From the IMG/VR virus record IMGVR_UViG_3300043470_002422: DNA of 64,000 nucleotides; one strand, written 5' to 3'. The notes under the pieces are model-generated. The model made no database searches, was not told the DNA's origin, and saw only the letters and a program-made list of their open reading frames with translations. This document shows, piece by piece, positions 18,801 through 27,361 of the stretch. Source of the stretch: a virus. Lineage: Duplodnaviria > Heunggongvirae > Uroviricota > Caudoviricetes. The position numbers were made by a program, and so were the translations under genes. Each line of letters begins with the position of its first letter. The first letter of the stretch is position 1.

Positions 18801-20907
18801 TGGCTGCTTGAGTGATACGCTAAAAGACGAAGTGACGGTTTTTGGATTACCTATTGCCAACTATCTAGTTTCAACAGATACCTTCTGTTTCCCTGACCTG
18901 ACGCAGTTTTTGAACCAAAGTTTGGCTTCCTACAACTACACTTGGGATTTGGGCGATGGCACTGTAACAGGAACTACAAACCCCAAACATTTCTTCAAGA
19001 AAAGCTCAAGTCCATTTAGTGATACTACCTATTTCATCAAACTTGTTGCTACAAGCCCTTACGGATGTAAGGACACCGCAAACGGCAGTATGACCGTATT
19101 GCCTTACCCTATTCCAAAATTCAGTGTTGACAATCCTGCGGGTTGTGCGTCACACACAGTGAAGTTCAACAACCAGTCGGTAAACGTGTTGAATTACCTG
19201 TGGGTATTTGGAGATGGATATACATCAACCGATGTGAACCCTACCCATACCTTTATAAATACCGGTGCGAATGATACGGCGTATCAGGTTGTTCTTTATA
19301 CCTACTCTTTGGATTGTGTAGACTCTACTAGTATTTGGATACCAGTTTACAAGCCCTCGTATTCATTCTTCAGAACGGACCGGGTAAATCCATGTGATGC
19401 TGGATATTTTAAATTCCAGAGCTTTGGCGAAAATGCGCCAATTGTGAAGTACAATTTTGGTGATGGTAGCACATCAACTTTTCCCAACCTAACGCATTTA
19501 TTCCCAACCTCACCTTACACCGATACAAGCTTCATCGTTACACTATACACCACAAGCAATCGCGGTTGCACAGACAGCTTTAAACGCACAGTTACGCTCC
19601 CACAGCGACTTTCTATCGGAATGAAAGACACCAGTTATGCGCTATGTGCTCCGACGGTAATTCAGTTTACAAACTACACAAGGGGTGCACGCACATATAT
19701 TTGGGACTTTGGAGATAATGGAGGAAGTTCTCAGAAGAACCCAATTTATGAATACCAAAAACCGGGCTTATACGCATATAAGTTGTTTGCCTTTGACGCA
19801 AATGGGTGTATTGACAGTCAGGTTTCAAACGGCACTGTTCGTGTGGATGTGAGTCCTAAAGCGGATTTTGACTTTAGTCCTGGTAAAGGCCGCATGCCAA
19901 ATGACAACCGTATTTTCTTTACTGACAAGAGCCGCAGTGTGATACCACTGACCTATTTCTGGGATTTCTCGGATCCAGCGGGTATACCTGCAACGAGTAC
20001 GATTCAAAATGCAACCCACGATTTTAGCGACTCTGGAGACTATAAAATCTGTTTGACGGTAGATAATGGGGGTTGTAAGAATATATTTTGCAATTTTGTA
20101 CGCATCGATCCGGCATTTCCAACCCCAGATTTCTCGGTGGGTGGGGATTCGGGTTGCCCACCTCTTACCGTGCAGTTTACCAACCTTTCTGTGAACTCTG
20201 ACCGCTATATATGGTTCTTTGGTGACGGTGAAAGAAGCGAGGACAAAGACCCAGTCCATACCTATAAGTACAGCGGATATTACGACGTGATTTTGATCGC
20301 AAAAGGTCCAGGGGGTGAGGGTAAAACGGAGAAGAAGCAGTTCATAAAAGTATTGAATGCACCATTCACGTATTTCAATCTCACGCCCTCTATATTGTAC
20401 CTTCCTGATGCCAAATTCACAACTCGAAACCTGACTACTGGAGCTGTAGGATATCAGTGGAATGTGTACAACAGCAGCACTAGAAATCGAGTTGGGAATA
20501 GCCTTTTGGTGAATCCCTATTTCCAAGTAAACGATACGGGGCATTATGATGTGGAATTGATTTCAGTAAGCAGTCAGGTCTGTTATGATACCCTATTGTT
20601 GCCCAAGCCCATCTACGTGAATCCACGTGGCATATTGCATGTACCGGATGCCTTCACACCTACCAATGATGAACGCAACGATGTGTTTAAACCAAGCGCG
20701 ATAAACGTGCAAAAGGATTTCTATCTCTTCCAGATCTATAACAGATGGGGTGAAATCGTATTCGAAACCAAAGACCCCGATGAGGGTTGGGACGGCCGTA
20801 AAAAGGGCAAAATATGCCAAAGTGGAGTCTATGTATATAAAATCAATGCAAGACTCTTCAGCGGGGATGATATTTCAGCGGATGGTGTGGTTCACTTGAT
20901 TCGATAG
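15814..20907 (+). CDS. giant secreted protein (1697 aa) with PKD/Ig-like repeats and a CHU_C-type T9SS (gliding-motility-associated) C-terminal domain
   Basis: Signal peptide MAQKYLSKALAFALTLFATQGNLHAAC. At least 15 repeats of the W-D-F-G-D-G-T type. C-terminus VPDAFTPTNDERNDVFKP...IYNRWGEIVFE...GWDGR...GVYVYKI matches the TIGR04131-type CTD. GC content is higher than the surrounding genes. Confidence 0.75.
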   Translation: MAQKYLSKALAFALTLFATQGNLHAACGNLTPSFSNASNKTCGIPQVITLTNTSTGNSRNVATYKWYVGTTLLSTQVGKSTQKYTINTAGSYTFKLVAIDTGKVGCKDSTSTTITISASVPRILDGNRVNTYSPIWENCISSLGVPDTFGINIKPQDSLRNYTIVWGDGTGNSTGTLLLSSQSLYHKYNSLGQFTLLIIGTKGSCTDTLRGVVSNERNPVAGIVGPPTGTNAGCVPIRMRFINNSSLSSPSTTFTWDFGNGETIVRGFNTHKDTLFYTYKRFLCNGIVKLTQTNNCGSSFATWNPIMASSKDTAIIAPTNPTNCDLAVPFTFNNTSQNRFCSTPNNKKYLWVWGDGTNSGWSTSSASQSKTYSKRGVYQVLLIDSNGCGKDTARYTLRIDSMPTISAGPASAAGCSPLVVNFRDNSINATSRNWDFGYATPTSSAQNPTHTYQTGGTYRAVLTVANNCGSLKDTVLITVKQKVKANFNTPLTGCAPLTQKWTNTSVKGLAGTPTYFWDFGDGTTSTQVNPPDKTYSTLGTYTITLIATDSCGKDTIKKTFTVRGKPSATITLLSSSRCVGSTLDIRFVTSPVNTASVIWGDGTNGSSYFGLGGSVDRTVSRKYDSLRTYRFGVVMVDPSGCRDTNYLNIAMDPRPTMNYTYTTTNGCGPLDVTFTNTSAHNGGGNINQMKFLWNFSNGILAYSKDTAARFLPFKTRDSIYPVKLIGTNAFGCRDSITKTVRVYPKPLSKFSISEKDGCAPLDITTTNNSTPYDTGSINIMKFIWDFGNGRKAFGKDTAARFLASKTKDTVYTVSLISISEHGCRDTSSTTVRIYPKPKALFTRSKTEGCKPLGVTYVNQSVPYDTGNISIMSFAWDLGNRITSFATEPVGIYNDAINKDTTYKVRLIATSEHGCKDTANSTVLLHPNPVIKFDMSRTNGCGPLPVSFSNKSINGDAFTWEFGVYGTDTAKSPSKVFYGRDIFDSVVVVKLSAMSKFGCLSDTLKDEVTVFGLPIANYLVSTDTFCFPDLTQFLNQSLASYNYTWDLGDGTVTGTTNPKHFFKKSSSPFSDTTYFIKLVATSPYGCKDTANGSMTVLPYPIPKFSVDNPAGCASHTVKFNNQSVNVLNYLWVFGDGYTSTDVNPTHTFINTGANDTAYQVVLYTYSLDCVDSTSIWIPVYKPSYSFFRTDRVNPCDAGYFKFQSFGENAPIVKYNFGDGSTSTFPNLTHLFPTSPYTDTSFIVTLYTTSNRGCTDSFKRTVTLPQRLSIGMKDTSYALCAPTVIQFTNYTRGARTYIWDFGDNGGSSQKNPIYEYQKPGLYAYKLFAFDANGCIDSQVSNGTVRVDVSPKADFDFSPGKGRMPNDNRIFFTDKSRSVIPLTYFWDFSDPAGIPATSTIQNATHDFSDSGDYKICLTVDNGGCKNIFCNFVRIDPAFPTPDFSVGGDSGCPPLTVQFTNLSVNSDRYIWFFGDGERSEDKDPVHTYKYSGYYDVILIAKGPGGEGKTEKKQFIKVLNAPFTYFNLTPSILYLPDAKFTTRNLTTGAVGYQWNVYNSSTRNRVGNSLLVNPYFQVNDTGHYDVELISVSSQVCYDTLLLPKPIYVNPRGILHVPDAFTPTNDERNDVFKPSAINVQKDFYLFQIYNRWGEIVFETKDPDEGWDGRKKGKICQSGVYVYKINARLFSGDDISADGVVHLIR

Positions 20908-20956
20908 ACTATCTGTGTAACAAGATGGCATAATGAAAATTGTAATAATAAAAATT

Positions 20957-20970
20957 GACCGTATATTTAT
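20957..20970 (+). promoter_or_regulatory. Class A variant GACCGTATATTTAT
   Basis: 4 nt before ATG 20974. Confidence 0.5.
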
Positions 20971-20973
20971 AAA

Positions 20974-21324
20974 ATGGCAATAAAATACAAAGAGTTTAAA
21001 AAGAAATTACAAAACGAACCCCTAACCGAAGAGGAATTAACCATTATTCAGGAGACAGAAGATTATATTGACTCTGAAATTCTAAACCAATTTCCGAAGA
21101 GCAATTACGGAGAGGTTCTAATTGATTTGACTTATCCGTCTTTTACCTACTCTCATCAAAGAGGTTCTTTGATGGACTCAAATTCATATAGAAGATCCTT
21201 GATGAGATCCGAATTAGAAAAAAGATACAAATCAGCCGGATGGAAGATAGAGGTTAAATTCGACGATGGACTGGATGGACCTAATATGTCCGGTCCAGAT
21301 TATTGGATATTAAAAGGAAAGTAG
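20974..21324 (+). CDS. hypothetical protein
   Basis: ORF ending at a TAG. Confidence 0.5.
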   Translation: MAIKYKEFKKKLQNEPLTEEELTIIQETEDYIDSEILNQFPKSNYGEVLIDLTYPSFTYSHQRGSLMDSNSYRRSLMRSELEKRYKSAGWKIEVKFDDGLDGPNMSGPDYWILKGK

Positions 21325-21338
21325 GACCGTATATTTAT
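21325..21338 (+). promoter_or_regulatory. Class A variant GACCGTATATTTAT
   Basis: Upstream of ATG 21351. Confidence 0.5.
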
Positions 21339-21350
21339 AAAAATAACAAT

Positions 21351-22253
21351 ATGTTACAATTAAATTTAGCAGACTCAGATAAGTCACAGATCAAATTTAA
21401 ACCATCTGCATTTCCAGACGGCCAGCAATCAATCACTTTAGCTCTGTCCACAATCTCAGATCTAGAAATATCTTGCACAATCAAGTCCAGATTAAATTCT
21501 TTCAGGGATTTAGAACTCATAGTCTGCGCAGCAGCTGCATTGAGAGAAGCTGGAATGGAAAGAATTCACCTTTATATTCCATACTGTCTAGGCGGAAGAT
21601 CTGACATCAAATTTGAAGAAGGTGGCTTAAACTACATCAAGAGTGTAATTGCACCTATCATCAATTTACAAAAATTTACTTCTGTTACCGTCATGGATGC
21701 TCACTCGATAGCTCTAGAAAATTGCATTGATAATTTGAAAAAGCTAGACAATTCTTATCTTGCAAAATGGGCAATCAAGGATCTATCTTCAGAAGGAGGA
21801 GATTTCAAATTGGTCTCTCCTGATGCTGGAGCACTAAAGAAAATATTCTCAACAGCTAAATCTATCGGATATAAAGGAGAAATAATAGTTGCTGAAAAAG
21901 TTAGAGATTTATCTACCGGAAAAATTATTCACACCAAGGTACCTATAAACGTTTATGATGCAGATAAAGATTTTATCATTATAGATGATATCTGTGACGG
22001 TGGGAGAACATTCATAGAAATCGCCAAGGCTATAGAAGAAATGAGATCTTTAAGTTCAGTGGTTCATCCAGATAAGCACGGAAAAAATTACCTTATCGTA
22101 ACTCACGGCATCTTCAGCGCAGGATTTGAAGAACTTAGTAAATATTTTGATAGAATTTATACCACCAATTCTATCTCCGAAATAAACGAGTCTGAAAATT
22201 ACAAAGGTGCTGAATTTGATAAACAATTTGTTAAACAACTAAACGTATTCTAA
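21351..22253 (+). CDS. ribose-phosphate pyrophosphokinase (PRPP synthetase) family protein; candidate ADP-ribose diphosphokinase (Adps-like)
   Basis: PRTase motifs VMDAHS..., LVSPDAGALKK and IIIDDICDGGRTF. ATG 21351 follows the motif. Confidence 0.65.
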   Translation: MLQLNLADSDKSQIKFKPSAFPDGQQSITLALSTISDLEISCTIKSRLNSFRDLELIVCAAAALREAGMERIHLYIPYCLGGRSDIKFEEGGLNYIKSVIAPIINLQKFTSVTVMDAHSIALENCIDNLKKLDNSYLAKWAIKDLSSEGGDFKLVSPDAGALKKIFSTAKSIGYKGEIIVAEKVRDLSTGKIIHTKVPINVYDADKDFIIIDDICDGGRTFIEIAKAIEEMRSLSSVVHPDKHGKNYLIVTHGIFSAGFEELSKYFDRIYTTNSISEINESENYKGAEFDKQFVKQLNVF

Positions 22254-22254
22254 A

Positions 22255-22728
22255 ATGAAAGAAACACTAGAATTGAGAATGTATGGATTAGTTCCATATA
22301 ACTTAAGCCCCATCCAGCAAGGGATCCAATTTGGACACGCAGTTGTTGAGTATGGGTTAACCCATTTCGGAGAAAAAAATTACCGGGATTGGGCTAACAA
22401 TCATAAGACCTTTATCATTCTCAATGGAGGGACTACTAATAATTCCATAGATAAAGAAACAGGAAATCCAAAAGGAACTTTAAATCAGCATGCGGTAAAC
22501 CTTAGAGATATGGGGATTCCTTTTTGCACCTTTTATGAGCCTGACTTAGGGGATCAATTAACAGCAGTAGTTTTTCTAGTAGACGAACATGTCTTCAACA
22601 GAGAAAAATATCCGGATCCAAGAGATCCATTTAATCAGGATTGGGCTTGGTCTGAGCATCTTAGCACAGAAGAACTTTCTAGAGTTTTGCAAATGAGAGA
22701 CTTTTTAAAACAATTTAGATTAGCATAA
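22255..22728 (+). CDS. PTH2-like (peptidyl-tRNA hydrolase 2 fold) protein
   Basis: SPIQQGIQFGHAVV resembles the PTH2 GKxAAQCSHAAV motif, and the downstream segment has the matching topology. Confidence 0.4.
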   Translation: MKETLELRMYGLVPYNLSPIQQGIQFGHAVVEYGLTHFGEKNYRDWANNHKTFIILNGGTTNNSIDKETGNPKGTLNQHAVNLRDMGIPFCTFYEPDLGDQLTAVVFLVDEHVFNREKYPDPRDPFNQDWAWSEHLSTEELSRVLQMRDFLKQFRLA

Positions 22729-23249
22729 TGGAATCATACTCAGAAATAGAAGGAGATTTAATCTCATTAGCAAAGCAAGGTAAATTTGAAGTTATCACCC
22801 ATGGATGTAATTGCAGATCCCAAATGGGAGCAGGGATTGCACCACAAATGGCAAAAGCATTTGGATGCGATAAATTCGAAATGGAAACTTGGGGTCCAAC
22901 TATCGAAAAATTAGGCTGCATAGATTATGAAACTGTAGTTCTAGGAGAAAATGCAATCTGGAGTCTTCTGGATGCTAAAAATAACCGAAACGAACCTGAA
23001 TTGGCCGTTGTTAATTCTTACACCCAAAACTACTACGGAAAGAATCACTCAGATGGGGTTTCCAAACCTTTAGACTACGAGGCTTTAACCCTTTGCATGA
23101 GGAAGATCAATTCTACCTTTAGAGGCAAACACATAGGAATGCCAAAAATAGGAGCAGGATTAGCTGGAGGAGATTGGAACAGAATAAAAAAAATCATACA
23201 GACCGAATTAAAAGACTGTAAAGTAACTATAGTAATATACAACAAATAA
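22728..23249 (+). CDS. Macro-domain protein (Poa1-like ADP-ribose processing)
   Basis: ITHGCNCRSQMGAGIA matches the Poa1p HSCNCNGSWGGGIA macro signature. Confidence 0.6.
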   Translation: MESYSEIEGDLISLAKQGKFEVITHGCNCRSQMGAGIAPQMAKAFGCDKFEMETWGPTIEKLGCIDYETVVLGENAIWSLLDAKNNRNEPELAVVNSYTQNYYGKNHSDGVSKPLDYEALTLCMRKINSTFRGKHIGMPKIGAGLAGGDWNRIKKIIQTELKDCKVTIVIYNK

Positions 23250-23269
23250 ATTAAATAAAATAAAATATC

Positions 23270-23629
23270 ATGGACAATCAAATTGATGAAATGACCGGAA
23301 CCTTGGAAGAAATGAAAGGTGCATTCGTAGGCTCTTTAGTGCGTAACAACAAAAAGATCCGCGAAGACAGAGCAATCGCAATCGCAGAAGCTGCTCAAAT
23401 GCTCTACAAAAGAAAAGTTGAGGACACAGAATTAGCTATTAAACAGCTAAAAAGAGAAAGAGAATCTATGTTAGACCTTAGTCCAACAACAGCAGATTCT
23501 TTGGTAATGGCTTCAGATTTTGACGCAGAAGCTTTCATCCAAAAGGATGTAGAGATCGGTCTCAAAATTAGAAATTTAGAGATCACTCTAGAAATTGCAA
23601 GAACTCGTTACAACCACTTATTTGAATAA
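23270..23629 (+). CDS. coiled-coil hypothetical protein
   Basis: ORF with heptad-like repeats. Confidence 0.45.
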   Translation: MDNQIDEMTGTLEEMKGAFVGSLVRNNKKIREDRAIAIAEAAQMLYKRKVEDTELAIKQLKRERESMLDLSPTTADSLVMASDFDAEAFIQKDVEIGLKIRNLEITLEIARTRYNHLFE

Positions 23630-23634
23630 TCCGT

Positions 23635-24516
23635 ATGGGAAATTCAAGTTATTCTACCTATAATAGATCCATCAGATCCGAATCTTTTGGCTATCATAGC
23701 AAATCAAGAAACGAGATCTTTACCCAAAGTAAAGAGGGTAAAGCTCACGAGCAAATGAGACCTAAAGGAATCGTCTACAGAGAATGTAGAGATTCCGAGG
23801 CTCACCCGAATGCTACCCCGATTCAGCTTTATTTGGACGTTACCGGAAGCATGGGACATATTCCCCACGAAATGATTAAAGACGGTTTACCAACTTTAAT
23901 GGGGAATCTAATTCAAAGAGGTGTAGAGGATGCTTCCCTTATGTTTGGAGCTATCGGTGACCACGAATGTGACAAATCACCTCTCCAAGTTGGACAGTTT
24001 GAATCTGGTGACGAAGAATTGGACATGTGGCTTACCAGAACCTGGCTCGAAGGCGGAGGTGGTGGAAACGGCGGAGAAAGCTATCCATTAGCTTGGTATT
24101 TCGCAGGAAATCACGTTGCAACAGATGCTTGGGAGAAGAGAAACCAAAAAGGATTCGTATTCACTATCGGTGATGAGCCTTTCCTTAATTCTCTACCAAT
24201 GTCTGCAGTAAAGGAAATCATGGGGGATTCAGCATCAGGCCAATCTACTTGGGATGCTACAGTTCTTCTAGAACAAGCTCAAAAGACAAATCACGTTTTC
24301 CATATCTTCTTAGAACATGGTTACAGAAAAGTTGATTCGGCTTGGAAAGAATTAATGGGAGATCACCTTATAGTTGCAAAAGACTATAAAGATATCCCGA
24401 AAATTATCTCAGAAACAATTTTAACTATTCAAGGGGAAAGAAAACCTTCTGAGAATGCGACCGTATATTCTAGTAATACTACAGATGAAAAAGACTCTGT
24501 AGATATTATCCTATAA
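23635..24516 (+). CDS. vWA-like (MIDAS DxTGSM) domain protein
   Basis: LYLDVTGSMGHIP and a GGGGGNGG loop. Confidence 0.4.
   Translation: MGNSSYSTYNRSIRSESFGYHSKSRNEIFTQSKEGKAHEQMRPKGIVYRECRDSEAHPNATPIQLYLDVTGSMGHIPHEMIKDGLPTLMGNLIQRGVEDASLMFGAIGDHECDKSPLQVGQFESGDEELDMWLTRTWLEGGGGGNGGESYPLAWYFAGNHVATDAWEKRNQKGFVFTIGDEPFLNSLPMSAVKEIMGDSASGQSTWDATVLLEQAQKTNHVFHIFLEHGYRKVDSAWKELMGDHLIVAKDYKDIPKIISETILTIQGERKPSENATVYSSNTTDEKDSVDIIL
24459..24477 (+). promoter_or_regulatory. Class A motif embedded in the 3' end of the upstream gene
   Basis: GACCGTATATTCTAGTAAT, 40 nt before ATG 24516. Confidence 0.5.
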
Positions 24517-25574
24517 TGAATACGAGCAAAATAGTAATTGGACTAAACTACGGAGACGAAGGAAAGGGGTTAACCACCTCTTTCCTCTGTTCCCAATCTA
24601 AAAATCCCATCGTTGTTAGATTCAACGGGGGTCACCAAGCAGGTCACACAGTATCCTTCAAAGGAAAAAGACATGTGTTTTCTAGCTTTGGATCAGGAAC
24701 ACTTCAAAAAGTTCCAACGTACTGGAGCAAATATTGCACATTCTCTCCGACAGCATTTCTAAATGAATTAAAATTTCTACTGGATAAATCTTTAAAATTC
24801 CCAGGATTTTATCTTGATCCTTTATGTCCAATCACAACACCTTACGATTTATACAGCAACCGAAAAGATTCCCAGAATGTGAGTCATGGAACAGTCGGGG
24901 TAGGATTTGGATCAACTCTTAAAAGACACGAAAACTTTTATAAGCTTTATGCACAGGATATGTTCTATCCAGAAGTCTTCAAAGCAAAATTAGAAAACAT
25001 TGCTAAGTATTACGGAATGGAGGATCTCGAAATCGATAACTTTTTAGAAGACGTAACAATTGTAACTACTATAGTTCAATTGACAAATGAAAAAGTTCTT
25101 TTAAATTATTCAGATGCTATATTTGAAGGGGCTCAAGGGGTTCTTTTAGATATGGATTTTGGATTTTTTCCAAACGTTACCAGATCTAATACAACATCTA
25201 AAAATGCACTGGAAATTTCTCCTCTGCATTCAAACGAAATCTACTACATCACAAGATCTTATTTAACTAGACACGGAGCTGGATTTCTTCCAGGAGAAAA
25301 AGAACTTCCCCTAATTAATAATGAATTGGAGACAAACGTCTCTCATGAATACCAAGGAAATTTTAGAACAGCAGATTTAGATTTGGATCTTCTAAACTAT
25401 TCTTTAAAATGTGACTCTCATTTTTCTGAGGGTCAAACCAAAAATCTAGTAATTACCTGCATGGATCAATATCCAATAGATGTAGAAAAATTGCTAGAAA
25501 AATTAGAAATTAAATTCAATAAAGTGTTCGTCTCTTACGGGGATTCACTTGATAAAATACAACAATTAAAATGA
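24516..25574 (+). CDS. adenylosuccinate synthetase homolog, short archaeal/PurZ-like type (352 aa)
   Basis: P-loop GDEGKG and NGGHQAGHTV motifs. About 80 aa shorter than bacterial PurA, as in phage PurZ. Confidence 0.65.
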   Translation: MNTSKIVIGLNYGDEGKGLTTSFLCSQSKNPIVVRFNGGHQAGHTVSFKGKRHVFSSFGSGTLQKVPTYWSKYCTFSPTAFLNELKFLLDKSLKFPGFYLDPLCPITTPYDLYSNRKDSQNVSHGTVGVGFGSTLKRHENFYKLYAQDMFYPEVFKAKLENIAKYYGMEDLEIDNFLEDVTIVTTIVQLTNEKVLLNYSDAIFEGAQGVLLDMDFGFFPNVTRSNTTSKNALEISPLHSNEIYYITRSYLTRHGAGFLPGEKELPLINNELETNVSHEYQGNFRTADLDLDLLNYSLKCDSHFSEGQTKNLVITCMDQYPIDVEKLLEKLEIKFNKVFVSYGDSLDKIQQLK

Positions 25575-26044
25575 AAATAACAGAAAAATATGTCTTCTTT
25601 TGGAACGGGATTTATTCTCAGTGGCACAAAGCAAAAATGACAATCGACGGTGTTGAGTATAGCTCTTGTGAGCAATATATGATGCATCAAAAAGCTATCG
25701 TCTTCAGCGACTTTTATATTGCATCTCAGATACTTCTGACAGAGAATCCGAAAGAGCAAAAAGCACTCGGAAGACAAATTCAAGGGTTTGATAAAAACAT
25801 TTGGGATTCGGTTTGCTTGAGCATAGTCTATAAAGGAAATCTAGCTAAATTTTCTCAAAATGAGGATCTAAAATCAGATCTTCTTTCCACCGAGAATAGA
25901 ATCCTGGTAGAAGCTTCACCCTTGGATCAAATTTGGGGAATTGGAATGGCAGAGGATCATCCAAATATAGAATCTCCAGAACACTGGAGGGGACTGAACT
26001 TGCTTGGATGGGCGTTAAACTTAGTAAAAAAAGAATTAAATTAA
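25571..26044 (+). CDS. NADAR / YbiA (DUF1768) domain protein
   Basis: FFW...SQW......YSSCEQYMMHQKA...F...NPKEQKALGRQIQGF....W...L..KF.QN..L...LL.T....L.E.SP.D..WGIG. Confidence 0.6.
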   Translation: MKITEKYVFFWNGIYSQWHKAKMTIDGVEYSSCEQYMMHQKAIVFSDFYIASQILLTENPKEQKALGRQIQGFDKNIWDSVCLSIVYKGNLAKFSQNEDLKSDLLSTENRILVEASPLDQIWGIGMAEDHPNIESPEHWRGLNLLGWALNLVKKELN

Positions 26045-26284
26045 ATGAAAAGTACAGAATTTGCATATTGGTTACAAGGGTTCTTCGAACTTAGCGAAAC
26101 TAACACCTTGTCGGAAAGACAGGTCGAAACTATTAAAAATCATTTGAAGCTGGTTTTCTATCATGAGATAGATCCTTCCTATTCTACAGATCCTGTAGTA
26201 CAGGAAACCATGCAAAAAATTCACGACGGAGAACCTCAAAAGAGAACTCCGAGAAATTCTAACCCAAGAACTATAAAATGTTAA
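26045..26284 (+). CDS. small hypothetical protein (tandem paralog A)
   Basis: F..WL.GFFE...T..L.ERQVETIKNHL is shared with the next ORF. Confidence 0.45.
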   Translation: MKSTEFAYWLQGFFELSETNTLSERQVETIKNHLKLVFYHEIDPSYSTDPVVQETMQKIHDGEPQKRTPRNSNPRTIKC

Positions 26285-26547
26285 CCATGGAAGAAACAAG
26301 AAATTTTGTTATCTGGCTTGATGGATTTCTAGAAGCTTGCGGGCCAACTCCAACTAAGGAGCAGGTCGAAAAAATAAAATCCAGGCTGAATGGAATTTTT
26401 GAGCATGTTGCAGAAATCCCAGCTAAGGAGAACGAAAAACCGTCTCTAGAGGAATTAGGACAAGAACATGGATTTAATGTATATCCCGGATTTCCTGGAT
26501 CAGGATTTCCTTTTAGAGATGAAGGTGGTGGTTTATTAAGATGCTAA
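26278..26547 (+). CDS. small hypothetical protein (tandem paralog B)
   Basis: FVIWLDGFLEA...PTKEQVEKIKSRL. Confidence 0.45.
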   Translation: MLTMEETRNFVIWLDGFLEACGPTPTKEQVEKIKSRLNGIFEHVAEIPAKENEKPSLEELGQEHGFNVYPGFPGSGFPFRDEGGGLLRC

Positions 26548-26892
26548 ATGAGTAGAGTAATTTATATAGCTTCTCCTTATTCTAATCCCGACCCTGATGT
26601 TACCGAGGAGAACTTTAAAAAAGTCTCGAGGCTTGCGGCTAAGCTTTGCTCAGAGGGTCAGGTTGCAATTTCCCCTATTACTTATGGTCACACGCTGGTT
26701 GGATTTAAACCAATGCCAATTGACTGGCCATTCTGGGAGAATTTTTGTCTTTCCATTCTCCAGGCTTGTGACGAAATCATAGTTTATAAAATGGAAGGTT
26801 GGGATAGATCGAGAGGTGTTGCAGAAGAGGTCGAATTTGCCAGAAGAAAAGGAATCCAGATCACGTATATGGAATATGATCCTTCTATCTAA
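26548..26892 (+). CDS. nucleoside 2-deoxyribosyltransferase-like superfamily protein
   Basis: IYIASPYS...V.SPI....W...CDEII.....W..S.G...E...A...G matches the Rossmann-like NDT/DNPH1 pattern. Confidence 0.5.
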   Translation: MSRVIYIASPYSNPDPDVTEENFKKVSRLAAKLCSEGQVAISPITYGHTLVGFKPMPIDWPFWENFCLSILQACDEIIVYKMEGWDRSRGVAEEVEFARRKGIQITYMEYDPSI

Positions 26893-26906
26893 CCGTATAT
26901 TTAAAT
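26891..26906 (+). promoter_or_regulatory. Class A variant AACCGTATATTTAAAT
   Basis: Upstream of ATG 26918. Confidence 0.5.
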
Positions 26907-26917
26907 AAAATACCTTT

Positions 26918-27361
26918 ATGGAATTAAGAGAATATTTCGAAACAAATCCGGACTCTATCCCTTATCTAGAAAGACTAGAAAGTGAATGGGAACAGTATGG
27001 AAAGATAATCATCGGATGTGATTATGACGACACAATTTCCCCATGGAAGATGGAGAATTTTAATCCAGAAAGGGTTCTAGAAGTTCTAAAGGTTGCTAGA
27101 GAAACCGGAGCTTACATCGTAATCTTTACTTCTTGTGACAAAGCAAGATATCCAGAAATCGAAGACTATTGTAAAAGCATTGGCCTCACAATCGACTCGA
27201 TCAATAAAAATCCAATCGACTTACCTTACGGTAAAAAAGGTAAAATCTATGCCAACATTTTCCTGGATGACAGAGGTGGAATGAATGAATCCCTAAACAT
27301 TCTAGAAATGGCAACGTATAGAATTAGAGGAAAAAGAAGAGTTTTAGGAATCAACGTATAA
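26918..27361 (+). CDS. HAD-superfamily phosphatase-like protein
   Basis: Motif I CDYDDTI and a late IFLDDR motif. Confidence 0.45.
   Translation: MELREYFETNPDSIPYLERLESEWEQYGKIIIGCDYDDTISPWKMENFNPERVLEVLKVARETGAYIVIFTSCDKARYPEIEDYCKSIGLTIDSINKNPIDLPYGKKGKIYANIFLDDRGGMNESLNILEMATYRIRGKRRVLGINV

Noticed and set aside
19825-20544. A 239-aa minus-strand ORF and many other 60-130-aa antisense ORFs (for example 242-442, 1730-2101, 16365-16634, 28240-28629, 30532-31131).
   Set aside because: They are wholly embedded opposite well-supported, motif-bearing or homology-supported + strand genes. They are shadow ORFs with no signals of their own.
15400-20950. A prophage-host junction at the T9SS-CTD giant gene, which is higher in GC, lacks the phage motif, and follows a 420-bp AT-rich gap.
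   Set aside because: Genes with the phage class A motif flank it on both sides (14803 and 20974). No integrase, att repeats or host housekeeping genes are seen. It is more likely a captured host gene inside the phage.
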